A stretch of 64,000 nucleotides of DNA from Heterodontus francisci. Taxonomy: Eukaryota. A model generated the notes under the pieces. That model was not told the origin of the DNA. It worked only from the letters and a program-made list of their open reading frames with translations, and made no database searches. Both the position numbers and the translations under genes were made by a program. The stretch is taken from the NCBI RefSeq assembly GCF_036365525.1, contig NC_090377.1:77485198-77549197 (forward strand). The letters run 5' to 3'. This document shows positions 49,729 through 62,282 of the stretch, piece by piece (position 1 is the stretch's first letter; every line of letters starts with the position of its first letter).

Positions 49729-50467
49729 ATGTCCTGTCCCAACAGTTCTCCCGCTACTAACTCGTTTTTAGTAGATTCCCTGATTAGTGCTTGTCGGGGT
49801 GACAGTTTCTATTCAACCAGCTCCATGTACATGCCATCGAGCACGGATATGGGAACTTACGGAATGCAGACCTGTGGACTGCTCCCGACTATGACTAAAC
49901 GAGGAGAGGTTAACCATCAAAATATGAGCATCAGTGTTCATCCGTATTTATCTCAGGTAGATGGCTGGGCTGACCCTTCAAGACCATGCCGAATTGAGCA
50001 ACCTGTTACTCCACAGATGCCCACGTGCTCATTTCCTGCTAGCGTAAAGGAAGAAAGCACTTGCTGCATGTATAATTCTGATAAACGGGCAAAACTCAAT
50101 CCGACAGCAATTCCCGCCTATCCCAGGCTGGTCTCTGAAAACTGTTCCATTGAGAATCCTGAGATTCCCATCCCGGGATATTTCAGACTCTGTCAGGCTT
50201 ATCCATTGGAGAAAAGCCTGGACTATAATTACGCTGGGGAGATCAGTTCAAATGTAATGCCGCAGTCAAACCTGGGGCTTATCAGTAAACTCCAGGTATC
50301 CAGCCAGCCTCCAATGGAAAGGAAAATAAACGAGAAGCCAAACGCACAGGAATCCACTAAAGGAATATATGTCGAAAGTCCTGAGCCAAAACCGAGATTA
50401 CTGGAGGTCAGTGCAACCGCTGAAGGAGCCGCAACCAGCTCGGAACTATCGGACAATGAGACTAAAG
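49729..50467 (+). CDS. hoxd10: Homeobox D10 exon 1; spliced CDS 739+272=1011 nt, 336 aa
   Basis: [53 protein letters not shown]. Donor AAAG|gtgagc, phase 1. Confidence 0.96.
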
Positions 50468-51672
50468 GTGAGCATTTCAAATATTTAATCTGAACGTGAC
50501 AGCATGGTAACGCGAATACAAAAGCTTGCACAGCCACTACAATCGTAACTTTATTGTGACAATATATTTGGCAAGTTATGTGTATTTCTGATCACCTAAA
50601 TTTACAAAAAAGGCGAGGAAAGTCTGCATAGCATTGCATAAAATGACAGTTTTCTTTTATTACAATGAGTTGTTGGCAATGTTCTCACTAATACCATGAA
50701 ATTGTTAATGACGTAGTAAAGACCAACAAACCATTTACAGATGTCAGTATAACATTGATAGTTTCATCTTAGCGTTGGTATGTGTCATATAATACGTGCC
50801 CTAAGATATTGTATGAACCTTTTTTAGTGCCATACACGACATATATTAAGAACAGCTATTTATATATTTAGTACAACGACGCAAGCTCAGCCCTACTCGC
50901 TCTATTGTGGAAAGTAAGTTACTTGCATCATTTGCTGACTTGCAAACATTGAGTAGGAGAGTACTGGCCGCAGTTAAAATTGTCGCTTCCCCTGGAATAT
51001 TTTATGTTGGATATGTAACATATTGCTATAAGCTGTGATAAAAGTTTCATTCGAAGAATGTGAAATATTATAGCACGTATAATCATAAATTCCAATTAAC
51101 CTGTTCTATAACAGGCAGTGATAGTATGCTTAATACCTTAAGATTTACCTCCGCATTTATTGTCATGACCACATACGTTAGTACTGTCTGGATTTCACAA
51201 TCATTAAATTTAGGTATGAAGTTGAAAAACGACCTATTGGTGAAAAAACTATTGGTGCATTGCAACCCACAGCTTTATATTCTATTTACTAGTAATAACA
51301 CTACCTACTGATCATCCATCTAATATTAACAAATTGTATGCATTTCGTGCTCACATCTTACATTGCTCTGGCATTTATTTTACAATTCACAAAGAGATTT
51401 GTCCCAAAATGTGCAATACAATAAACAATTTACTGTATAATACTATTTGCAAGCCTCCAAATGGATTGTTTTAGTTTCCTCAACCTATTTAGCGATTTTC
51501 TCTTTGAATTACGACAATTTGTGTATATATTTGTTTTGATTATTTGCCAACAAGTAAAGAACATGCATTAAGTTGCTGCAGCCTGTGCATAACTAGCTGA
51601 GGCTGGGTTGAAGTACAGTGTATGAGAGACATATTTGCTGAAATCTCATTTCTTATTTCTTACTTCTGATAG

Positions 51673-51944
51673 AAGAGATCAAAACTCCGATAAGCAACTG
51701 GCTAACAGCAAAGAGTGGAAGGAAGAAGCGATGTCCTTATACAAAATATCAAACACTGGAATTAGAGAAAGAGTTTTTATTTAATATGTATCTGACTCGT
51801 GAGCGCCGTCTAGAGATAAGTAAGAGCGTGAATCTGACCGACAGACAAGTCAAGATCTGGTTTCAAAATCGCAGGATGAAGCTGAAGAAAATGAACAGAG
51901 AAACCCGAATTCGAGAACTGACCACTAATCTGACCTTCTCGTGA
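51673..51944 (+). CDS. hoxd10: Homeobox D10 exon 2 (homeodomain)
   Basis: Acceptor cttctgatag|AA. Hand translation [89 protein letters not shown]. Absent from the ORF track. Confidence 0.97.
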
Positions 51945-54900
51945 GCGTGGAATACGGATTCTAACATGATCCATCACATTTAATACTGTATTGATTTACT
52001 GGGTACTGTGAAATCCTTCCGGTTTATTCACTCTGGGATATTGTCGATTATTCTGATTTGACCATTTTAGTGTTATGGTTGTCTGAAAGTACAATAGCAC
52101 GTTTACCTTAGCAAGAATATTTTCTAAGAAGTTGTTCTATATAACAGGACTAATTATTTACTTTGTTTAGTAGGTAGGTCTTAAGTTATTTGACATGCTA
52201 CAGTTATTCGTGCAATTTGGGAGACGTGTACTGTACATCAGACCATCGCATGTACAAAATTACGACATGCAACTAATTGACATTTATTTAGTAATTGCAA
52301 ATCAGATGGGACAATACTATTAACAATTTTATTAAAAACGTACGATTTGAATTGTTAATTACCAAGTTACTCTTAAACAGTGGTCCCATAAAATACAGTG
52401 TTAAAATAATCAGGTCTGTAGAAGAAGCTCTTAAGTCCTTTTCTGGAGTATGTAATGGAATCGTGATGCAAATTTTCGTGTCTATTTATATGCATGTGTC
52501 TGTTGCACGTATATATATATAAGTATAAATATAAATAATAAATCCTAAATTAGATTTCAATTTCTTCAATACGTTTTACAACTTGGGAAGGCTTCGCCAG
52601 TGGCCGTAAGAGAAATTGTTAAATTATTCTGGGGCACTTCAATCAAAATGCTTTAACAACGGCAAACATAATACTTTTCACAACACTTTAAAGGTTTAAT
52701 AAATTAAATGTAGTCATGTAATATAGATATTCCTTTCCTAATACTTCAGAACAGTACTTAGCGGCGTCGTAATATTTAAGCGACCAACGCTAAACCGCTA
52801 AATGAGTTAATTTCTAAATTAAACCAAACGGCAGAATTAGACCGGACAGTGTGTCCGGTTTTATACACGTCACATAACTTGTAAATGTATGCATTTATTT
52901 ATCAAAGTCGCATTTATCGCGTTGGTAGGCTTCCAATTCTTGTAAAAATTGCATAAAGAATTGGCCCAAGAAACAGCTACATATTTATTTATGTTTTGAC
53001 TCCTCGGTGCAAATCTGTATGAGTTTTTATGTTTATTAGCATAAACCCTCTTCTGGGACATAAGATAGTACCGCAATTAACAGTTTGAATTTACAACGTT
53101 AAAAGTTAAAGTTTGCTATAGGAATATATACGGAAAATAATAATCCGCATTACTAACTAAAAAATGTTCACGGTGAGGTACTTTGATTATTCATCTGAGT
53201 TTGGCTTTAACCAGGATATCAAAACCACTTTCATTACTGCGTCCTTGGTGTTAATAAACAGAAGCAACACACCTAGATCTAGTTATTCCGACATCTTTAA
53301 TGCAAGTGATAATTTCTATGCTCACGTTTTATTATTATCCGGTACGAGACGCTGAGAATACTAGGTTGCAGTCAGGGTCAAACATCATGAATTCGATGTT
53401 CATTTCATAAGGATGCTCAGCTGCATCTTGTAAATGTCACCCGCAGCAATAAAAAGACAAATAATTTTAGTAACATGACTAGGTCTTTGAAATTTTTACC
53501 ACACAAGGTAACGAATTTCGCATAGTTTCGTGATATTTCTTAATGGATATTAATAGTAAAAATTCCTTAATCTATGTTTTATAAATGCAAAAACAAGTCA
53601 AAGCGCTGTAAGCATAGGATGGACAGAAGAGAATGGTCGGATAATGGTTTAATTTGCTGTATTCTTTTGAGGAGAAGGTTCAATCCAATCAATAAAACGG
53701 CTTCAAGAGTCAAGTTAACATTTGTATTTACGGATGTACGCCTTTTCAAAATCTACTAGCTTCCTAGTCTTTGCCCTCTAATGCTGTAGAACTGCCTCAT
53801 TAAAAGCAGACAAAGAGACACGTATATAGTAGTAACAAAGTACTGGACGCTTACTGTTAAATCAAAATTACTAAAATCTCTCGATAACAGTTTAATGTCA
53901 CAAACGTTATAAAGTTGTTAAATTAACTTACACAACGTTGTTGCACGTCTGTCGCATTTGCAAGACTTAAAACAAAAAGAAAAACGTGAAACACTTTAAT
54001 TGTACAAGGGCATTAAGAAAACAGATATAAGAAATGAAACCAAATCAAACGCAGCCACCAGCTCAATCAAGTCCAAGTTTGCAATAAAGCATTGTTTGTA
54101 CACAATGCATAACACAAGCCGAAAACTTGCAGAGATCGTTCAGCATATTTGTTTCGAATTACAGTCCCACAAATACTAAATAGAATTAATTTTCCCTCAG
54201 ATTAGTCTGCTTGAGAGTGCAGGCTTCCCAATTCGCTTTAACAACTGCCTTTGTATATACAAATAAGAAAATAAATAAAAGTCAGCATCAATGAGTATGT
54301 TTAAACTTATTAAAGGGTGAAATTAGTTACTTTTCCTTCATAACAATTGTAATTATAACAATGATTCACATAATAGAGTTTTGTAGAACCCTGATCGGTG
54401 TAAATGTTTAAACTATTTAAAAGTACTGCTTTTTTGTTTTCTGTATTACATGACAGAACACTTAAAAGGAAAGTAATGCTTTCTCACTAATGCACTTTTC
54501 ATCAAGTATTTAAGTCGCAACGCGTTTTCTGTGTTAATTTAGTTGGGATTGATAGCCAATCTTAACCATTTTACCTTAAAAAAAATATATAAAAGTTTTA
54601 CTTGAAGTGCTGCAAAATGGCAGCCAACGAAAGAATGTACTTTCTGACGATATTCCAGATACGAAATGCAGCAAACTTTAAAAACATGAATGTTGTAGAA
54701 ATTTAGTTTTATGTGTGCGTTATATTAAATAACCTTAAACGGAAAACTAATCCACGCTTTTGCTTAGATATAGAAATCGCAGCACCTGAACTGCAGCCTT
54801 GATTTCATTCCTTATTCTTAAAGTAATTAACAGCCAGGAAAGGAACACGCCATGTTTTTCTTTTGTAAGTGACATAAAACAACAACAATGAATGTGTCCC

Positions 54901-56519
54901 TATTCCTTCAACATAGCAAAAACTGAAATCTTGCGAAAAATGTGTGCCTGTTGTCTAAATTCGGCGAGATTATTATTTGCATAAACTTAAATCGGGATAA
55001 CGTCGTTATAATTTGGTAAAATAGGAATCAAATTTAGGTATTTAATGGTTACTAATTGCTTAAATAAAGTGTCTTGATTACACTAAGGTGAAGCTACTGG
55101 AGGCAATAATATATAACGGTTCATACTGAAGTAAAGTTGGATTGAACGGTTATTGACATACTTTGTCCTTCAGCTTTGCTAATCTTCAGATTTTAGCCAT
55201 TCGCCACCATCCGTTTAGTAGTTTTTCTTCTCGTTTATATTAAACAAATTACAAATAATAACGCCTCTGCCCATAAACAAGTAAGAACAGGAGCCGATAA
55301 GAATAACGCACTTTTTAGCGAGATGTATTTTCTGAAAGGTCCGTGAGAGTGGACTGACTGTAAACTAGTCATGGTGAATGCCAAGATTATTTCGCAGTTG
55401 TTGACCATCAAAAGCAAAAAACAAAGTTCAATGTGGTAAAGAAAGAATTAACCTAGAAATGTCTAGATTTTTTAAAATGCAAAACTAAACTCATTCTCGA
55501 AGTTTGCCTGATTCGTGTCATGGTGGACGGTCACTGGATGTGTTATCTGAAGAAACGCGCAGTCTCGCAGCAGCTGTTTAATGGCTATCATTTTTTAAAA
55601 CTCGGAACCAACTCAATCTTCTCGACCTTTACTCATAGACTCAATGCAATTCCTCCATTGTATCGACCAGCGACAGCACTGAAACACGGCACTGGAGCTG
55701 GTGATGCATTTATGTTTCAAACAGCGGGTACATTCTCCTCTTTTGTATACGATGGTACATTGAACTGCTATAAACAGGCGATGTACAAGAAACATATTTA
55801 TAGGCGGGAATACTTGTACCTTTGTTGGAACCTTTAGGCGTCCAGTGTTGGTTAAACGTACTTTACTATGCCAAAAGAGGCCTGTTTTATTAAAGACACA
55901 TTAATGTGTAATCAAATGCACCTCATAAAAATTTTATTGATAGACATAAAAGCATTTATGGTGGCTTCTGAGTACAGACTATAAAGCGGGCGAGGAACCG
56001 CTTACTTCAAATGTAGTGATATTTAAAACAAATTAAAATATTAGACGAATAAAATTCGAAGAGTGAAAATACTCAGCAGGTTCGTGTACACAAGATCGTT
56101 TTTTTCAAAAATAAGCTCAAATCCTTCGTTTTACAACACGTCGTTTACTCCTTTTATGGAGAAACCAGTCAATGGTCTGTAAAAGCTCTTTTCTAAGCAT
56201 GGAATATACAGTATAGAAACACCAACGTACCTCGAAGGTGTTTTCTTGCCGCTTTATTGCACTAAGCTAACAGATATTTGCTCTTGACATAGATCATGGA
56301 CTACGCACTGCTGATTATGAAATGAGTGACAGACATTAATTAGCTTACGGGGGAAAATAGTCCCCTGTTTCTCCAGACGCTTTTTAAACTGCACTTGGAG
56401 AGGTTCTTCCTTTGGATACAGCAGAACGTTTCCAACAATCTTGATCAAGTGATTTTGTTTTACCCATTGATAATGCATTTCTTTTTTTATTTCTTATAAA
56501 GCTGGGCTAGGCCCAGTTG

Positions 56520-56600
56520 TGGTCACGCTGATGAGCGGATTGATTTACTCGCTGTATTGGTAAATACAATCACGTGAGCCCCGCAACCAATAGCTGCAAC
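56520..56600 (+). promoter_or_regulatory. HoxD9 proximal promoter module
   Basis: TGATTTAC (Pbx/Hox-like), ATTGG at 56556-56560, CACGTG at 56571-56576, CCAAT at 56587-56591. Confidence 0.6.
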
Positions 56601-56691
56601 TGTAGTCGGCAAAATACTATGATTGTTCTGAGAGAAGGTATCAGATACACTTCCCAGTGTAACCTTTTCTATGAAAGCGAGAGAGCCTAAA

Positions 56692-57247
56692 ATGTCGACC
56701 GGTGGCACTATACACAATTATTATGTTGATTCTTTGATAGGACAGGAGACAGAGGACTTATACGCGGCCAGATATGCCCAAGGATCACACAGCACAGCTT
56801 CAAGGCCATCAGGTGTAGCAGACAGTTCAGATTTCTCTTCCTGCAGCTTTACCTCCAAGTCAACCGCATTTTCTAATCCCTGGTCTCCCGTTCATCCTCA
56901 ATCCTCTGCTGCCGTTGCAGGGATCTACCATCCTTACATGCATCAATCGCATCTTGCAGCTGGAGACACCAGATACGTGCGCTCATGGTTAGAACCACTT
57001 TCCAGTTCAGTCTCTTTCCCTGGATTCCATCCCAACGGCCGGCATTACGGGATCAAGCCAGAAACTTTATCAAGCAAGAGGACAGAGTGCTCTTCCTATG
57101 AGCTGCAAACGCTCAGCCTGCCAGAATTCACTTGCGGCTCCTACCCAGAGTGCAGGGAGAAGCTTCCCAAGGAGCTTGGCTGCACCAGCTCCGAGACTAC
57201 GAGCAACAGTGAGCACAAGGAGGAGAAACAACAGCAACTTGACCCAA
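56692..57247 (+). CDS. hoxd9: Homeobox D9 exon 1; spliced CDS 556+242=798 nt, 265 aa
   Basis: Hox9 motifs NYYVDSLIG, FSSCSF, YHPY, RYVRSWLEP, HYGIKPE, QQLDP. Donor CCAA|gtaagt, phase 1. Confidence 0.96.
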
Positions 57248-57798
57248 GTAAGTGCAAAAATTGCAGCTTGATTTACAACCCGAACCTGTAGACCTGAGTG
57301 TGCAAAGCTGATGGTTTTACAAACCTATAAAAATGTCTAGACGCCTACCCAAGTCTGAAAAGCCACAGCCAGCAGTAAAGAGTTTATATCGTTTACAGCG
57401 AAATTTTACACACAAATTTGCGTCTGACAAGACTGTAAAACGTTGATGCATCCTTCTCAATGAACCTTACAGGACTATCTGAAAGTCGAAGGCCGAATGC
57501 ATTATTCCAATTTAAACATTTGTCACTGCATTTTTCTATTCTTTCTATAAATTTTTTTAAATATTTGTTAACAACCTACCCTACTTCAAAACAGGCCTAA
57601 ACAGACTGAAACCAATCTTTACCTCCATTTTTTAATATATTAAATCGCCCTGAACTTGACAAGTACCGAGTGGGGAAAGAGCACTGCAGCTTTGATTAAC
57701 ATTATGCGATTGTGGGAATTCTTGAGGATGTCTGAAATTCCATGGAAAATAGTCAGGGGATGTTCTGATTTTAATTCTTGTTCTTCCTTTCTTTCCAG

Positions 57799-58040
57799 AT
57801 CACCCTGCAATAAATTGGATCCACGCTCGCTCTACCAGGAAGAAACGTTGCCCTTATACCAAGTACCAGACGCTTGAATTAGAAAAGGAGTTTTTATTTA
57901 ATATGTATCTCACCAGGGACCGGCGTTATGAAGTTGCTAGAATTTTAAATCTTACCGAGCGGCAGGTAAAGATTTGGTTTCAGAACAGAAGAATGAAAAT
58001 GAAAAAGATGAACAAGGTGAAAAATAACGAAGAACCTTAA
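57799..58040 (+). CDS. hoxd9: Homeobox D9 exon 2 (homeodomain)
   Basis: Acceptor ccttctttccag-type pyrimidine tract then AT. Hand translation [79 protein letters not shown]. Confidence 0.97.
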
Positions 58041-61000
58041 GTGATCATCCGTATCTTAGCGATAGATCTGAAAATCCTACAGACTGTGTAAAAAGTGTTT
58101 TGTCTATCTAGTGGTGCCTGGTTTATTCGAAGCACGGTCTATGTTTCCCAGTGTTGTACTGTTCCAGAGCAATCCTGTGTTTAAACAATTGACATTTATC
58201 TTGAGACTGTCCCTGATTTGCTGCTATTGGGTTACATTAAACAGAATTTAAACTGGTGTCAGTACATTGGTTGTATTGCGTTAAAAGTTTGACAACATTA
58301 CTAAAATATACTTGTTTTATATAGAAATAAAACACGCATATTTGAACATTTTCTTTAGTTGTGCAACCTGTAAAATGTTGTGTTTCCGCTGTACTGTTAG
58401 TGTACCATTTAGATATAAATATAGAGAAATGCAAACCCTTTGTCGTTCTATTCAGTTTTATGCTGGTTACTCGATGAACTGTAATACAAGCGCCACTGGC
58501 TGTACATCATTCAGTTATTTTCAAGTGCAATGACATTATCACTGTGCTGATAAAGGACATTAAGCCAATGTACTATTTATTTAAAACATTTCAAGTTAAA
58601 TTAGCAGAGCGTCACGGTCACTATGGGACGGCCTATTTCTCGAGTAACCTGGACGTGTCATTAAACTGTAGGCATCTTGACTAAGCAACACAAATAAATA
58701 GAACGGTGTTTAAATTTTGTTACTTTTCCAACAGCTGTGGACATCTTTTTGCGCGTTTGGGACAATCTGAAGCAAGCTTATTTTAGTGACAAGTGAATAT
58801 GACCTGCTTTAACGCGGTGCTTATTGCATCGATTTGAATACTGTTATAAAGATGCGGTTACTTGGATCATTACGTAAGTCAAATCCAATGTAATTAATGC
58901 AATGAAAATGTAAGAAAATATAATATGACAATAGTTTTTGACTTACTCCCAGATCATCTGCAGTATTTATTAGCTACCACAGATGTGACAATAAAAATTA
59001 TGCTGTGCTGCAAAAGTCAAAAGATTAAGCAGAAATTTCCATTCGTCCGCTGGTTTGTACCTCACGTTTCTTCCTTATGTTAACAATAAAAGTTTATAAA
59101 CATTTCAGCTTTGCTAACTGGTTAAAAAGTCATTAGTGATTGGATAAACGCCGTTTAGATGTCAACAATTAGCCATTTCAGGAGGGACTGCAAAGTAATA
59201 TATTCCGTTGGAAGGGTATTATGTTGCCTCCGCTTTTGTTCGAAACCGTCAGTATTGCTAAATTGATGTTAATATTCGGATGACCCAAAGGGGATTTCGT
59301 TCAAATCAGCTGATCAGCACTCTAATATTGACCTCCTGATGGAAAATGACCACTGGCTGGTATAAATTATGAAAACAATTCTGAAATCTTGGACTTTCCG
59401 GCTTGTAGTAATTAGCAACTATCCACTAAACACATTCTGATACATATAGGTTTTATAGATAGAGCTGATCAACGTATTTTGTAAAACAGAAACTTTTTTA
59501 ATCAATGTGTTTTCCTTATTTCCTTAGTATATGAGTTGATGGCTGCTTAAAGGAAGTTGTTTTCCATCTCTTGTTTAGAAAGGTGTTTTATAGTTTCTCC
59601 TTTGTTGTTTGAACAATGTGCTATTTTTATTATTCACCGATATCCGACGAGTAGCACTTTGGAAAGATTCCTAGTTAGAAATACTCTTGGTACATTTGTT
59701 AAAGGTACAAAAATAAGTAACAACAAAGTACATATTGTTGTTAAAACACTGGTGCGGATTAACTATAACTCTACCCACAAATGGCCACAGAGCACAGAGA
59801 GCTTCATTTTATTTCACGTCACTATCTCATTAATGTCTCGTACTGAAAACAATTGCGTGTAGTCGTAAAACTGAACTTCATTCTTTTTGGAGAATTCTTT
59901 GAAAACGTTAGTGCTCAGGTGTTGAATTGCAACGCCATCTATTGCCACAATTCTACATATAGTACTTTAGAACCGGAAGGAACGGGGTACAATAAACCCC
60001 ACAACTGGCTAGACGTCTGACCTTAATGACTTTACAGTTTTCTTCGTTTAATTACTGACTTCTTTGAAATCAGCCAATTCAGATGTTTTTGTCTGTTGAT
60101 GACAAACAAAAATGCAGACACTAGTTAAAGGGGCGAAGACAATTAATTCCGTCTTGTCACTTGAGTCTGGACAAACTATTATCTATTCCCAAACATATAT
60201 GTTCGAAGGACACTTTGCTATAAAGTAGATTTACATAAAAAAAATCGTCCGCATGTCCAGTCAAATAACAATAACGAGGAAATCTATAGCTTTAGTTCAT
60301 TAACTCAAAAGGCATGCAATAGAAAACAGCAGCGACGTCTAAAGAAATAATACTTAAGTACAATGCATTTTATTATACAAGATGCAAATGATTTATATGC
60401 GAATATGTGTGACACACTTGTTAAATGACGAGCCGAAACTAAATTGAGCGCAGCATCTGTCTTATGGATTTATTTCATTTTGCATCTTCATATAAATGTT
60501 TCACATCTCGACACATGTCCATACAAAACATGCTCATAAATTCAAAAAAAATTGTAGTAGCAGTAAATGAAGCACAGCTAGCAATTATTTTCTCACCCTA
60601 TAGAAAAACATGTGTGAATCTTTCCAAATATTTAATAGTCACCAATAGAGTTCTCTCTGTCTCTGTTTCTTTCTTTGTCTCTGTATACACGTGCAGTCAC
60701 ACATATCTTACTCTCTATCCGCCCTTATTCGGATTATTGGATTTGAATATATATATTTTGTTACTTTAAAAATCGACATATGTAATCAACCGATTTTACA
60801 TACATTTGTTTTGGTGAGCTATATCAGGGAAATAATATTTATAATTAGTTGCCTGCCTACTTCCCAATACCAAATGGATAGAGTTTCAAATTATCAAATG
60901 ACTTTTTGAACCTCTAGTTTCGCTGGAGAGTGCTGAACATCGTCTTAAAATAGTGCAGAGTAAATGAGACAAGTTGTACTAACAATTCCGAATCATTTTA

Positions 61001-62258
61001 CAAAACCAATTTCTAGCATTTATTGAGATCTAATGGAGCCCATTTTATGTTTCGTTTCTTCACAAGTACGTTCGCTGATTCTTAAATGATTCTGCACAAA
61101 AGTGAACCAAAGCAGCCCAGGTTCCAGTTCAACCGTAGTTCATAACATTATCCACTGGGCGGTGCTGTCGCTCCACTATATCAAATTGGCAAACCTGCAA
61201 ATGACAACAGATACATGGTAAATCGGTTAAAAGGAAACTAATAACTTCTCATAGCGCTTTGTAGCTCAGAAAACATGAAAAGCATTAATATCTGTAGCCT
61301 GATTCTTCGGAGGAGTTTCAAAATACAAATTTAATATTACAATTGTAAATTCACTAAAACGTTCAAAATCAAACGGCGTGTGACCATGTGCTCGCTTAAA
61401 GGTAAAAAGTTCCATATAACTTTTTGGAAATTTATTATTAAATAGTTGCATAGTACAGACTCTCGATCTTAAATGACTTGTGAGAACAAAATGAAGGATT
61501 TTTCATCACAATTTACACGACTTTCCATTTTAATTTTCACAAAAATCCTCCATGGTTGTGTCTGCATTCTCCTTTGTTCTAATGATGTTCATTCACTGAA
61601 ACTCTAAAATATGATCTTTGTACAATGGTTGAAGTTGTACACTAGGGTCATAGTCCGATAATTCTGAATGGGATTCGAGAATAAGGATGTCAGATTTTTT
61701 TTATTTCTCAATTTTAACAAATCACTTTATACTGAAACACAAACTGAAATTTTGCTAAGCGGCGCAGCAATATTACAACTAATGGCATACATTTCCTGCT
61801 AACCTTAGTAAACTTTATAATTCTTAACTTTAACGGGCGTAAACAATTATTTATTTTGATGTGCATTTCAATCTTCAAAACAATAATTAAGCAGAATCGG
61901 GTCTACGGTTTTTTTTTAAATCCGCTTGGCGTCCAATTTTACAATGTTCTTCTTAAAATACTTCTTTCAGAATATGTTGTAATAGTTTAAAATGATTTCT
62001 GAAACATTTTTCAAGCGTTCGAATGCAGTTCTCACACGCTTGCTGCGTTCATGTGCTGAAATAAATCGACTGCAAATATATATAAAAGAGAAAAAACGAA
62101 TAAGGCCTAGAATTAAAATTTAAATTATAATCTACACAATGTCATTAAAGGTGCCTTTCCAATGAATAAACCGTTCTCATGAACTCGGCTTTTTTTAAAT
62201 ACATGCTCCACTACTTTATATTAGGTACGTACCGGCAACGTTGTATAAATACTAGTAG

Positions 62259-62282
62259 ATATATATATATATATATATATAT
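62259..62282. repeat. (AT)12 microsatellite
   Basis: Directly visible. Confidence 0.95.

Noticed and set aside
55034-55052. TTAGGTATTTAATGGTT as a possible miR-196 remnant (also TAGGTAGG at 52171)
   Set aside because: Seed broken or 3' part unmatched, and no star-arm complementarity.
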